From a virus (taxonomy: Duplodnaviria > Caudoviricetes), in the IMG/VR virus record IMGVR_UViG_3300032116_001258, positions 1 through 24,626 of that record: 24,626 nucleotides of DNA; one strand, written 5' to 3'. The notes under the pieces are model-generated. The model worked only from the letters and a program-made list of their open reading frames with translations, ran no database searches and was not told the DNA's origin. This document shows positions 14,446 through 22,761 of the stretch, in pieces (within the stretch, counting starts at the first letter, position 1; the number at the start of each line of letters is the position of its first letter). A program made the position numbers and the translations under genes.

Positions 14446-14735
14446 GTAAATATGATAGTTGGTTAGAAGAACCATACCGGCAAATGGCGCAAGCTGATGA
14501 CCATCAGGAGTATGTATGGACTACCTATATGAAGCCAGGTAAGCCATGCGATCCGATGGACTTGGATAACTTCCAAGAGTATCTTGCAGATGCAACTGCG
14601 GATTATGCTGGTGCTGAGAAGTGGAAGAATCTGCGAGAGTATGCAGATAAAGGTGAATGGGAAAAGTTTGGTCGGGCTATTTATTTTCTAGTCCACGACC
14701 ATATTGAAAACAAATTGATTGCGGAGGAAGAATAA
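14442..14735 (+). CDS. Hypothetical acidic protein
   Basis: GTG start (GTGA overlap), MSKYDSWLEEPY...; the longer start in the track is unlikely. Confidence 0.7.
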   Translation: MSKYDSWLEEPYRQMAQADDHQEYVWTTYMKPGKPCDPMDLDNFQEYLADATADYAGAEKWKNLREYADKGEWEKFGRAIYFLVHDHIENKLIAEEE

Positions 14736-15268
14736 TGTCTAAATATTTAGAACTTAGAAATGTAGATGTTTCGGACAAGATCGAGAAGAAGAATGGTTTG
14801 TCTTATCTGTCTTGGGCATGGGCTGTAGACACATTGCTACAACACGATCCACAAGCTACTTGGTCGTATGGTCAGCCTGTATTGTTTGGTGAGACTGTAA
14901 TGGTGTTCTGCACAGTTAATGCGTTTGGTAAGTCGATGACAGCGCAGTTGCCGGTCATGGACTATCGCAACAAGGCAGTACCGAACCCAGATGCATTTGC
15001 CGTAAATACTGCTATGCAAAGGGCTTTGACAAAAGCAATCGCACTCCATGGATTGGGACTTTCACTTTATGTCGGAGAGGATTTGTGGGATGATATAGAG
15101 GTAGATTCTACAAAGTTTGTAGAAAAGATATTAGGTTCTCAGGACATCCCAGAGCTAAAGGTGAACTTTGCCCAAGCGTTTAAGGAAGTGTCTAAGGACA
15201 AAGAGGCGATGAAGAAGGTAAACGATGCCAAAGAAAAGCGGAAGGCAGAACTGAGTGAAACTAGCTGA
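14735..15268 (+). CDS. Sak3/DUF1071 (Rad52-like) single-strand annealing protein
   Basis: LSYLSWAWA, LPVMDYRNKA and NTAMQR.L.KAIALHGLGL.LY.GED. Confidence 0.88.
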   Translation: MSKYLELRNVDVSDKIEKKNGLSYLSWAWAVDTLLQHDPQATWSYGQPVLFGETVMVFCTVNAFGKSMTAQLPVMDYRNKAVPNPDAFAVNTAMQRALTKAIALHGLGLSLYVGEDLWDDIEVDSTKFVEKILGSQDIPELKVNFAQAFKEVSKDKEAMKKVNDAKEKRKAELSETS

Positions 15269-15452
15269 TGTGCAGCCAGACAATGTGTGCTTCGAGTGCG
15301 GTAAGGCTTGGGGTACACATCCACTAAAGAGTTCGGAGAACCACAGATCATGGATCGACCAATGCGATGTATGTTTAAAGCTCACAGCCGTAGTAGATGT
15401 TTCGGAATATGGTTATATAAAGGAAGGATGGGATGGAAAAAAAGTGGTGTAG
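15255..15452 (+). CDS. Small Zn-binding hypothetical protein
   Basis: CFECG..WG and CDVC pairs. Confidence 0.65.
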   Translation: MKLADVQPDNVCFECGKAWGTHPLKSSENHRSWIDQCDVCLKLTAVVDVSEYGYIKEGWDGKKVV

Positions 15453-15585
15453 TTCTTGTCAGGCTGATAGACCAAAAGCTGGTTTTAAGTTGGTAGCAGC
15501 AGGTAGTCGGGTTCGCCCAGTTATGAGATGGAAATGCGAACATTGTTTAAAACGAGAAGCGGAGAGAAAATATGCAAGAAAATGA
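15433..15585 (+). CDS. Zinc-ribbon protein (50 aa, not in ORF track)
   Basis: MEKKWCSSCQADRPKAGFKLVAAGSRVRPVMRWKCEHCLKREAERKYARK. Confidence 0.65.
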   Translation: MEKKWCSSCQADRPKAGFKLVAAGSRVRPVMRWKCEHCLKREAERKYARK

Positions 15586-15781
15586 TTTTATTTACACACC
15601 AAGTTCTACAGATATTACGATTCGGTGGCGCAAGATTTATGGCTATGTACCGGCAAGCGAACAGGCTAAGTACCAAAAGAAATGGGCAGAGTTTCGCGCA
15701 TTGTCGGCAAGGACTTTAGAGAATGTAAATGTGCCAGAGATACCAGGAGTTGTGCAATGGAAAAAGTGGCAAAAATCCTAG
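15572..15781 (+). CDS. Hypothetical protein
   Basis: F.YTPS.TD....W.K.YG.VP.SE motif; GGAGAG RBS. Confidence 0.65.
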   Translation: MQENDFIYTPSSTDITIRWRKIYGYVPASEQAKYQKKWAEFRALSARTLENVNVPEIPGVVQWKKWQKS

Positions 15782-15873
15782 TAGAGATAGGTGTTTACAT
15801 TTTGTTACCTTTTGCGATAATAAAGGTGTCTTGGGAATTGGCAACTTCTTGGATTGAGGAATTAATAAAATGA
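15757..15873 (+). CDS. Small hydrophobic protein (38 aa)
   Basis: AGGAG RBS then MEKVAKILVEIGVYILLPFAIIKVSWELATSWIEELIK. Confidence 0.55.
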   Translation: MEKVAKILVEIGVYILLPFAIIKVSWELATSWIEELIK

Positions 15874-16094
15874 GAAACAAGCATTGTATGGATGCTTTCT
15901 ATAGAACCCTAAAGGAAGTAGATATTCCTTTTGGGCAGTCTATGATCTGCGAGCATTTCTTTGCAGCAGGTTGGGATGCAGCCATTGATGCCTTGTCTCT
16001 CGCATATCAGAGGCAGTTTGAAAATGATGGAGTCGATACACAGCTTATTCGCAGAGACCCCCAAGAACCTCCAGCCGATGACGATAAAGAATGA
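15870..16094 (+). CDS. Hypothetical protein
   Basis: F.AGWDAA motif; ATGA coupling. Confidence 0.65.
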   Translation: MRNKHCMDAFYRTLKEVDIPFGQSMICEHFFAAGWDAAIDALSLAYQRQFENDGVDTQLIRRDPQEPPADDDKE

Positions 16095-16272
16095 TTGGTA
16101 TCCTGTATGCTTTCATTCCAAATCAGATTATAGAAAATGGCAGTATTACAGGAGGGGATCAGGAGAGAGAGTTACAGTCTGTGATGACTGTAGTGATGAG
16201 TACCAAAAGAAAATGAAAGGGGAGAATCGGTGTTTTATAGCAGAGGCTATGCAACGATCAAAATATGTCTGA
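16078..16272 (+). CDS. Cys-containing hypothetical protein
   Basis: P.CF.S...Y..W.......C.DC..EYQ..M....RC pattern; start reassigned to ATG 16078. Confidence 0.62.
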   Translation: MTIKNDWYPVCFHSKSDYRKWQYYRRGSGERVTVCDDCSDEYQKKMKGENRCFIAEAMQRSKYV

Positions 16273-16432
16273 ACCAGTATCTAAAGCAGTAATGACAGTA
16301 ACAGAGGTTGCTCCATTTCGGTTTGCTATCGAGATTGAGGGATCAGATTTATCTTTAGAAGTTTCACAAATTATGGTAAAGTTTCTGAATGACTGCTTAC
16401 AGCAGATTCATGCGGATCAAAAAATCCATTGA
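16265..16432 (+). CDS. Hypothetical protein (55 aa, not in ORF track)
   Basis: MSEPVSKAVMTVTEVAPFRFAIEIEGSDLSLEVSQIMVKFLNDCLQQIHADQKIH fills the gap between neighbours. Confidence 0.55.
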   Translation: MSEPVSKAVMTVTEVAPFRFAIEIEGSDLSLEVSQIMVKFLNDCLQQIHADQKIH

Positions 16433-16442
16433 AAGGGATTGT

Positions 16443-17051
16443 ATGGAACAAAGAACAGAAGAATGGTTTAGTGCCAGACTAGGCAAAGTTACCGCTAGTC
16501 GGGTCGCAGATGTCTTAGCCAAGATTAAGTCTGGCGAATCGGCAAGTCGTAAGAACTACAAGATGGAATTAGTGGTTCAGCGATTGACCGGCAAAGCAGG
16601 AGAGTCGTTTACCAACGCTGCGATGGAATGGGGTACAGAGCAAGAGCCATTCGCTAGGATGGCATACGAGGCTCATACAGGCACTTTTGTAAAGGAGGAG
16701 GGGTTCGTAGACCATCCCACGATAGAAGGCTTTGGATGCTCTCCTGATGGCATTGTAGGGGAAGGTTTAATCGAGATTAAGTGTCCGAATACCGCTAACC
16801 ATATTGAGACAGTCTTGGAGAACAAAGCTCCAAGTAAATATATCCCACAGATGCAATGCCAGATGGCTTGTACAGGCGCGAAATGGTGCGACTTTGTATC
16901 ATTCGATCCTAGAGTGCCAGAGGACTTGCAGTTGTTTGTAGTACGAGTCGAGAGGGATCAGGAGTATATCGACTCGATGGAAGTAGAAGTAAAGCAGTTT
17001 TTAAGCGAGGTCTTAGACCTATTTAACCAACTAAAAGCGAGGCAGAAATGA
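16443..17051 (+). CDS. YqaJ/lambda-type exonuclease
   Basis: EQRTEEWF.ARLGKVTAS, WG.E.EP.AR, SPDG, LIEIKCP and Q.Q.QM motifs. Confidence 0.93.
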   Translation: MEQRTEEWFSARLGKVTASRVADVLAKIKSGESASRKNYKMELVVQRLTGKAGESFTNAAMEWGTEQEPFARMAYEAHTGTFVKEEGFVDHPTIEGFGCSPDGIVGEGLIEIKCPNTANHIETVLENKAPSKYIPQMQCQMACTGAKWCDFVSFDPRVPEDLQLFVVRVERDQEYIDSMEVEVKQFLSEVLDLFNQLKARQK

Positions 17052-17296
17052 CCTATGAAATGAAAGATGGCAGCTTTAGTCTATTTAAGAACGACAAAAA
17101 GCTCACAGAGAAACACCCCGATTACAAGGGGTCGATTAAGATTAACGGAGTTGAGCATTGGTTTGATGCCTGGCTAAAGGAAGGCAAGAAAGGGAAGTTC
17201 TTATCGGGTCGTATTGGTGATCCGAAACAGAAAGGCTTTACTCCCAAGGGCGATGATGAGATGCCTAAGATTAACGATGATGATTTTGCTTTCTAG
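17048..17296 (+). CDS. Small single-stranded DNA-binding protein
   Basis: LFKND.K....HPDYKG.I.I.G.E.W..AW.K....G.FLS and an acidic DDDFAF tail; follows annealase and exonuclease. Confidence 0.7.
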   Translation: MTYEMKDGSFSLFKNDKKLTEKHPDYKGSIKINGVEHWFDAWLKEGKKGKFLSGRIGDPKQKGFTPKGDDEMPKINDDDFAF

Positions 17297-17305
17297 GAGA
17301 AAGAC

Positions 17306-17440
17306 ATGAAAAAGATTATTTTAGGATTGTTAACATATTTGTTAATAGGTAGTGCATATGCTTGTACAACACAGACACTAATTGTCGGTGGTAAGCTACA
17401 AGTCTGCACTATTTGTGGAACAGTAGTTAGCTGTATGTAA
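17306..17440 (+). CDS. Secreted Cys-rich micropeptide (44 aa, not in ORF track)
   Basis: AGGAGA RBS; MKKIILGLLTYLLIGSAYA signal peptide followed by CTTQTLIVGGKLQVCTICGTVVSCM. Confidence 0.7.
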   Translation: MKKIILGLLTYLLIGSAYACTTQTLIVGGKLQVCTICGTVVSCM

Positions 17441-17520
17441 TCCCCGATGAGATCGGCATTAGTGGCGCAATGCCACACCCTTTCAAGGAGTGCCACTCCC
17501 CTACCGATCAGGGTGGCTTT

Positions 17521-17952
17521 ATGAATGGTTCTAATACCTATAGCGAAAGACAAAAGGTAAAGAATAGGGCTGAGTTTTTATTTGAGTATTACTGCGCTGA
17601 AAAAGACTATAACTTGGTGAGATGTGGGTTTGATGAGAAGAACAAGAATGTAGATAACTTTTATTATCTAAACCCTGTATTAAGAAATCTACCCGATTAT
17701 GTAGTCAATACCGCTAATGGCACTTGGGTAGTGATGGTGAAAGGCACAGCGAATATTAAGCAGAAAGAGATTGATCTTTTGCCAAAGCTGATTGAGTGCT
17801 TTCATAGTGATCGAGCAAAACTTATTTATGCGTTTTGTTTTTTGGGGAAAGAACCAATATTAGCTTCTCCACAAAAAGTAAATACTCTGTATAAAAATGC
17901 CACAGATAAGAAATGGCACGATGGAGTTGTTTATCGGTCATTGGAGGTATAA
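17521..17952 (+). CDS. PD-(D/E)XK restriction-endonuclease-like protein
   Basis: E..FE.YC, LPDYVV....VMVKG (variant of PD..(D/E)xK); start reassigned to ATG 17521. Confidence 0.55.
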   Translation: MNGSNTYSERQKVKNRAEFLFEYYCAEKDYNLVRCGFDEKNKNVDNFYYLNPVLRNLPDYVVNTANGTWVVMVKGTANIKQKEIDLLPKLIECFHSDRAKLIYAFCFLGKEPILASPQKVNTLYKNATDKKWHDGVVYRSLEV

Positions 17953-18411
17953 AGCTCTCTCGTCTTTTCGTCTAGTAGTCAGTCCTTTTAGTTCCTTACC
18001 GCCTGCCTTGTTCCACTTTAGAAACTCCTCGGCAGCAGACTCAAACTCACCCCTATTGTGTTTCATCCGAAGGGTAGAATTTTGGAGATTACCGAGTCCA
18101 ACATTGAAGGCGAAAGACACAAGTGCGCCAAACCGACCAGGAGTAAGCCCACTAGGACATAATCGTTGTACTCCGCTTTCAAACCGCGCCAAATCCTCTG
18201 CCAGCAGTTTGTCCACTTCTTCCATAGAGAAAGTTCTGTTCCAGCCTTCTGGGATTGGTAAATTTTTTCGTTCTTCAAGTTTCACCTTTATATGGTTAGG
18301 GTCGATAACTCTCCCGACTCCTACAGTCCAAAGTAAAGCTGGACACCGATAAGGGGTAGTTCTGACTCCCTCATGGTGCTTAATCATCTCAATAACTTTA
18401 TGGTCAATCAT
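17938..18411 (-). CDS. Endolysin, GH24 lysozyme
   Basis: IK.HEG....PY.CPA..WT.GVG, ALVSF.FN.G.GN...STL, and W.KAGG..L.GL..RR..E..L. Confidence 0.95.
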   Translation of the reverse strand: MIDHKVIEMIKHHEGVRTTPYRCPALLWTVGVGRVIDPNHIKVKLEERKNLPIPEGWNRTFSMEEVDKLLAEDLARFESGVQRLCPSGLTPGRFGALVSFAFNVGLGNLQNSTLRMKHNRGEFESAAEEFLKWNKAGGKELKGLTTRRKDERALYLQ

Positions 18412-18893
18412 TTCTTAGCAAAGGCTTGCGTACCGAACCAGAAAGCAATAATAGAGGCTAGGATCTGCATCTCGTCTGCATCAAACACCAATGGGATAGC
18501 TTCTGCAAACGCTGCACCGCTAGACCAAGCCCACCAGATAGAGGCAATGTCTACAATAATTAAGAGTAAAACGAATAGGTAGGTAACGACAGGGCGAACC
18601 GAGGCTCGTAGGTTAATGATCCATTGGCTTGCACCCTTACCGATTTCTATATCGTGTTGGTACATGGCTGTTCGTTCTTGTGCTTGGGTCTGCATTTGGA
18701 CTTGGTCTGTGCGTATCTCCTCGACTCTAGCCTGTGCTGCGTAACCTCTCTCTAGCATTTGGAGTTCTCGTTCCGTTTGCATACGAGCTAGTTCTAATTC
18801 GTGAGACTTATCGGACTTGTCTTGGAAGAAGTCTAATAGTTTAGGCAGTCCACCCATCAGGAAGGACAAAGCTGTAGAGATGAGTGTAAACAT
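18408..18893 (-). CDS. Holin-like membrane protein (3TM/GTA-holin-like)
   Basis: W...LRASVRP.VTY and II.FWFG motifs with TM segments; ATGA-coupled to the endolysin. Confidence 0.7.
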   Translation of the reverse strand: MFTLISTALSFLMGGLPKLLDFFQDKSDKSHELELARMQTERELQMLERGYAAQARVEEIRTDQVQMQTQAQERTAMYQHDIEIGKGASQWIINLRASVRPVVTYLFVLLLIIVDIASIWWAWSSGAAFAEAIPLVFDADEMQILASIIAFWFGTQAFAKK

Positions 18894-18896
18894 TAT

Positions 18897-19349
18897 TTAC
18901 CCTTTATGACCCCAAGTAAGATACCAGGCAACGATTGCAGCGAGTGCATAGCACATATACATAACTCTACGCACTTCTGCCAAATCTTTTCTAAATTCAT
19001 TTTCTATTTCCTTCTCTTGTTTTTCAATCTTTGCTTTAATAGTTTCTACTTCTGACCATCTCTTTTGACCATGATGTTTTACAAAGTCTTTCTTGACCTG
19101 TTCTTCTTTTAGTCTTATATCTTCTTGTTTTTGCCATTGAATCATGGCTCGTTTGAAATACTGCTCTTTTAGGACTTCTGCTTCTCTGATCTGCCTTCTG
19201 CGTTCTAATGCTTTTTGTTGTGCTACCGAGGCTGCTTCTTTTTGAACATCCTCGATAGACGATCCGATAGTTTTACCGGCTTCTTTGCCTGTCTTTACGC
19301 TTTCGCTAAAAGACTTTGCGCCCTCCAAAAACCCGAATTGGTCTGACAT
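18897..19349 (-). CDS. Coiled-coil protein with C-terminal TM
   Basis: Charged helical body with a hydrophobic YMCYALAAIVAWYLTW tail; lies in the lysis cluster. Confidence 0.65.
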   Translation of the reverse strand: MSDQFGFLEGAKSFSESVKTGKEAGKTIGSSIEDVQKEAASVAQQKALERRRQIREAEVLKEQYFKRAMIQWQKQEDIRLKEEQVKKDFVKHHGQKRWSEVETIKAKIEKQEKEIENEFRKDLAEVRRVMYMCYALAAIVAWYLTWGHKG

Positions 19350-19357
19350 ACATAGGA

Positions 19358-19573
19358 TTACTTTCTAAAGAATAAGTCTGCTAACCAAGCTACAAAGCCA
19401 CCAAAGACAGAGCAAGCCCCCATAATTGCCCAAAGAGATCCTTTAGACCTCTCTGCCATAGCGACTAACTTCTTAATATCAGATTCCATGCTATCTACTT
19501 TTTCTTGCAGATGCTCGACTTGGGCTACTAGACCACCAAATTTGAATGGATCAAATTCAAACTTATCGTTCAT
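19358..19573 (-). CDS. Small coiled-coil + TM protein (XhlA-like lysis-region protein)
   Basis: DPFKFG.L.A.V..L...V..ME.D.K.L...A.RSKG..W followed by a TM segment. Confidence 0.65.
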   Translation of the reverse strand: MNDKFEFDPFKFGGLVAQVEHLQEKVDSMESDIKKLVAMAERSKGSLWAIMGACSVFGGFVAWLADLFFRK

Positions 19574-19716
19574 CCTAACCTCCGATTACTTTGCGACTTT
19601 TTTGCAGGACTTTTCCGTTTAGTCGCGACTTTTTTGCAAGGTTTAGGTATAGAAAAGACTATGCTTGCTTTATTAACATAGCCAAATTTGTCTAGCACCC
19701 AATCGATAATAAACAT
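19570..19716 (-). CDS. Small basic protein (48 aa)
   Basis: MFIIDWVLDKFGYVNKASIVFSIPKPCKKVATKRKSPAKKSQSNRRLG; coupled at both ends. Confidence 0.55.
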   Translation of the reverse strand: MFIIDWVLDKFGYVNKASIVFSIPKPCKKVATKRKSPAKKSQSNRRLG

Positions 19717-19785
19717 TTAATCCTCTTTTTTCTCTAAAGACTCTTTTAACATCTTCAAAAACGCTTCTTTACCTACTTGTAGCTG
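19717..19785 (-). pseudogene. Start-less C-terminal remnant of a small tail-associated gene
   Basis: QLQVGKEAFLKMLKESLEKKED* begins 2 nt after the tail-fibre stop, with an in-frame stop just upstream. Confidence 0.55.
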
Positions 19786-19787
19786 CC

Positions 19788-20831
19788 TTATTTAGATTCT
19801 AGTGCTGCGATGCGGACTGCTTGTGCTTCTACTTTAGCGTTTAGTTCTTGGATGCACTTCATAAGGGCATACTGTAGGTCTGTTTGGTAAATAGCTTTTA
19901 GGGGCACACCATCTTCAGGGGTTTCACCAAAACCTGATTTATCAACCAATTCAGGCGCAATTGTTTCAACATCTTGTGCAACGACACCAAGGTTTAAATC
20001 AGTGTCTGTTTGGTCTTTGTATAAAAATGTTTTAACAGGAATTGCACAAATTTTGTCAAGATAATTACCAGCTAATTGAATGTCTTTTTTGGTTCGTTCA
20101 TCAGATAAATTAACATTGTTTGCTGAATAATTAGCTAAACCACCATTTGAACGAATTTCGGCACGAGTTGTTGTGCTATCATCACAACGAAAAAATTGAT
20201 TTCCAGTTCCGTTAGGGCTTGAGCCACTGTAGTAAACATACTGACCAAATGTGTTAGCTGCTGTTGCTTGTGAATTGTAAAACCTAAAAGCAAAACCCGT
20301 TGATGCACTTGCTAATACATAAAGTCTTTCATTTGCTACTGTTGCAGTATCACCAATCAATACTTGCCCACCAGAGGTAATACGCATCGACTCAACACCA
20401 CCTTCTGCAAAGGCAATAGTGTCGGCTGCTGGGAAGAATATACCTGTGTTGGTATCACCTGATGTTGTGATAGCAGGTGCGGATACTGTTCCAGCTTGAA
20501 CTGTGGTAACACCTGTAGCAGATAAAGTTGTAAATGCACCTGTATTAGCTGTAGCAGCACCGATAGTAGCGTTGTTTATCGATCCACCAGAGATAACAGG
20601 GCTTGTAAAGGTATTGCCTGTAAATGCAACACCAGTAATCGTCCCACCTGTAATCTTAGGTGCAGTCATGGTATATGTGCCATCCCGAATACCATCTCCA
20701 GCATCTCGGATCTGCGCCATCATATCGCGCATAGTATCGTTTACTGCTGATGGGAGCATCCCCTCTGGCGCACCATCTGGAGGTGCTGCTGTGTTATTAG
20801 CAGGGGTTAAAGAATACTTTGTATATGCCAT
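19788..20831 (-). CDS. Tail fibre with peptidase S74 intramolecular chaperone
   Basis: G/T/A-rich repeats (ITGGTITG, DTNTGIFFPAADTIAF), SDERTKKDI autocleavage motif, GVVAQDVE..APELV and a C-terminal coiled coil. Confidence 0.9.
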   Translation of the reverse strand: MAYTKYSLTPANNTAAPPDGAPEGMLPSAVNDTMRDMMAQIRDAGDGIRDGTYTMTAPKITGGTITGVAFTGNTFTSPVISGGSINNATIGAATANTGAFTTLSATGVTTVQAGTVSAPAITTSGDTNTGIFFPAADTIAFAEGGVESMRITSGGQVLIGDTATVANERLYVLASASTGFAFRFYNSQATAANTFGQYVYYSGSSPNGTGNQFFRCDDSTTTRAEIRSNGGLANYSANNVNLSDERTKKDIQLAGNYLDKICAIPVKTFLYKDQTDTDLNLGVVAQDVETIAPELVDKSGFGETPEDGVPLKAIYQTDLQYALMKCIQELNAKVEAQAVRIAALESK

Positions 20832-20843
20832 GATTTTCCTTAA

Positions 20844-22760
20844 TTACTCTGTTATTCCAAATGCAGCACCATAACCAAGGTTTAGTGCTTTCCGTTGCAA
20901 TTCTTTACTAATTGGTTCTATGTTTGTTGTAGATGCCTTAGACATCAATCTTGCTGCTAACTTAGGATCTAACATGGCATCAACAAGCAACTCTCTAATT
21001 TGGTCATCTGTACCATTGTAGAGCCAATTAAGAGGTGCTACCACCTTATTTGCTGCTGCCGGTATTTCTCCAAACATTTGTTTGCCGATGATTCCACCAA
21101 TAACATTAGCTGTAGAAAGATTCTTAAATGTATCTGATCCTGGCACTCTGCCAGACTTGTTTAATACACCAGAATCTAAGTCTCTGCCAACTCGTTCTAG
21201 GATCTTTACTTGCATCTGAGACATATCTGTTTCTTTTGCTGCTGCTCGGATAGCCCTAACAAAATTAGGCTGAGAAATCATAAATTGCCCTATATTGATA
21301 GGATCAGGAATTGTAGAAAGAACTTTGCCTCTAAATCCTTGGGCTGCTTCTACTTTTTCTATGTTTCTGCTTCTTTGTTTATAAACATTTAAATAATCTT
21401 TATATCCTGGTGCGGCAGAGTCAATAACATCATCTACAGAAGAAATAACTTTATTTAATTCACTTCTTGCTGCTTTAAACGCACTAGCACTAGCACCACC
21501 TCGGTCTGCTCTATCTAACAATCCTTGCTCGGCTGCTCTTAGATCTTTGCGAATCTCGTATAGTTCAGCAGGAGTATTAGCTCTGCGAACCATGTTACGA
21601 GCATCTTCCATAGCAGATATAACTGTATCTCGTTTACCAGCAGGAGTTTTTAATATATTGTTAATTGTGTCATCAACTACTAAAGTAATAGCAGATTGAA
21701 ATTGCTCTGGTGTTGTTGTAGATGCTGCAAAAGCAGATTCTCTCATTGGCGCAGTAGCAGCTTCTCTATTAGAAATAGCAACATTAATAGCATCTTTGTC
21801 TTTAGCAAGTCTGTCAATAATAGCCATTCTTGCTTTGTTAGCCTCGGATGCTTGTGCAGCAAACTTACCTGTAACATCCAATGCGCGAATAGGTGTTTCT
21901 GCTGAAATTAAGCCTACATCTCTACTTGCTTGTGCAGTAGTTGGTGTATAGCCAGGAACTTGTGGTTGGAACTCTTGCATACGAGTAATAGCAGTTTCTG
22001 GTTTGTTTGCTAACTGTCTTAATACATTGCCTGTAATTACTTCTCTGCCAGCCTGTGTAAATGGGCGAACAGTTTCTCTAACTGCTCTGCCTGCTGCTGG
22101 AATAGCCGTACTTGCTGCTCCAGGGGCTGCCATACCACCTAACATTGCCAATCCTAATTGACCGCCTGCACCAACATCTGCATATTCTCTACCAGCAGCC
22201 GATGCACCAGCACCACCTACCGCAGCAGACATTTGTAAAGGTAAGTTTTCTACAAAGAACTTTTCTGCTACAGATGGCTGTGCTATTGCTCTTTGACCGA
22301 CAGCCAATCCTCTTTGAACTAGTGCAGCAGGAGCAGCAACGCCTGATATAGCAGAAGTAATATCTTGTATTACCTTCTCGCCTTTGGTCTCTGCCTCTGG
22401 AAGTCCTGATTGAGTTAATCCTCTTTGTAGAACTCGGCTAGGCATTTGCAACTGTGGAATCTCTGTTCCTGTTACCTTACCAACACCGCCTGTAATAAGA
22501 TTAATAAGGGTATTAAGAGCATCACCAGCAATTAATGGGAGTCCTGCTGCACCTGTAGCACCAGCCCTAGCAGTTAAACCTAATTGTCTACTAAGGTCTT
22601 GTCCAAAAGTTGTAGATGCTTTTTGTTCTTTGGGTTTTTCTTCGCCACCAGATGCTCTGATCTTAGCTACTCTAGCTTTAAGCTCATTTGAATTAGGATC
22701 GACAGTATCAGGAATATTGTCAATCGTAATTCCATCCTCTGTAGTAATGGAATATGCCAT
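20844..22760 (-). CDS. Ejection / DNA transfer internal virion protein
   Basis: 638 aa, Ala/Gly-rich with hydrophobic segments and helical; last gene of the ejection cluster before the tail fibre. Confidence 0.7.
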   Translation of the reverse strand: MAYSITTEDGITIDNIPDTVDPNSNELKARVAKIRASGGEEKPKEQKASTTFGQDLSRQLGLTARAGATGAAGLPLIAGDALNTLINLITGGVGKVTGTEIPQLQMPSRVLQRGLTQSGLPEAETKGEKVIQDITSAISGVAAPAALVQRGLAVGQRAIAQPSVAEKFFVENLPLQMSAAVGGAGASAAGREYADVGAGGQLGLAMLGGMAAPGAASTAIPAAGRAVRETVRPFTQAGREVITGNVLRQLANKPETAITRMQEFQPQVPGYTPTTAQASRDVGLISAETPIRALDVTGKFAAQASEANKARMAIIDRLAKDKDAINVAISNREAATAPMRESAFAASTTTPEQFQSAITLVVDDTINNILKTPAGKRDTVISAMEDARNMVRRANTPAELYEIRKDLRAAEQGLLDRADRGGASASAFKAARSELNKVISSVDDVIDSAAPGYKDYLNVYKQRSRNIEKVEAAQGFRGKVLSTIPDPINIGQFMISQPNFVRAIRAAAKETDMSQMQVKILERVGRDLDSGVLNKSGRVPGSDTFKNLSTANVIGGIIGKQMFGEIPAAANKVVAPLNWLYNGTDDQIRELLVDAMLDPKLAARLMSKASTTNIEPISKELQRKALNLGYGAAFGITE

Positions 22761-22761
22761 A

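Noticed and set aside
17443-17517. Hammerhead or HDV-like ribozyme
   Set aside because: Has CCGATGA rather than CTGANGA and no GAAA after the stem; the P1.1 GG/CC of HDV-like folds could not be placed.
9949-17952. MTase plus PD-(D/E)XK protein as a restriction-modification pair
   Set aside because: They are about 6.5 kb apart in different operons; orphan MTases are common in phages.
19788-20831. Diversity-generating retroelement targeting the tail fibre
   Set aside because: No reverse transcriptase or TR/VR repeat pair seen, and the C-terminus is an S74 chaperone.
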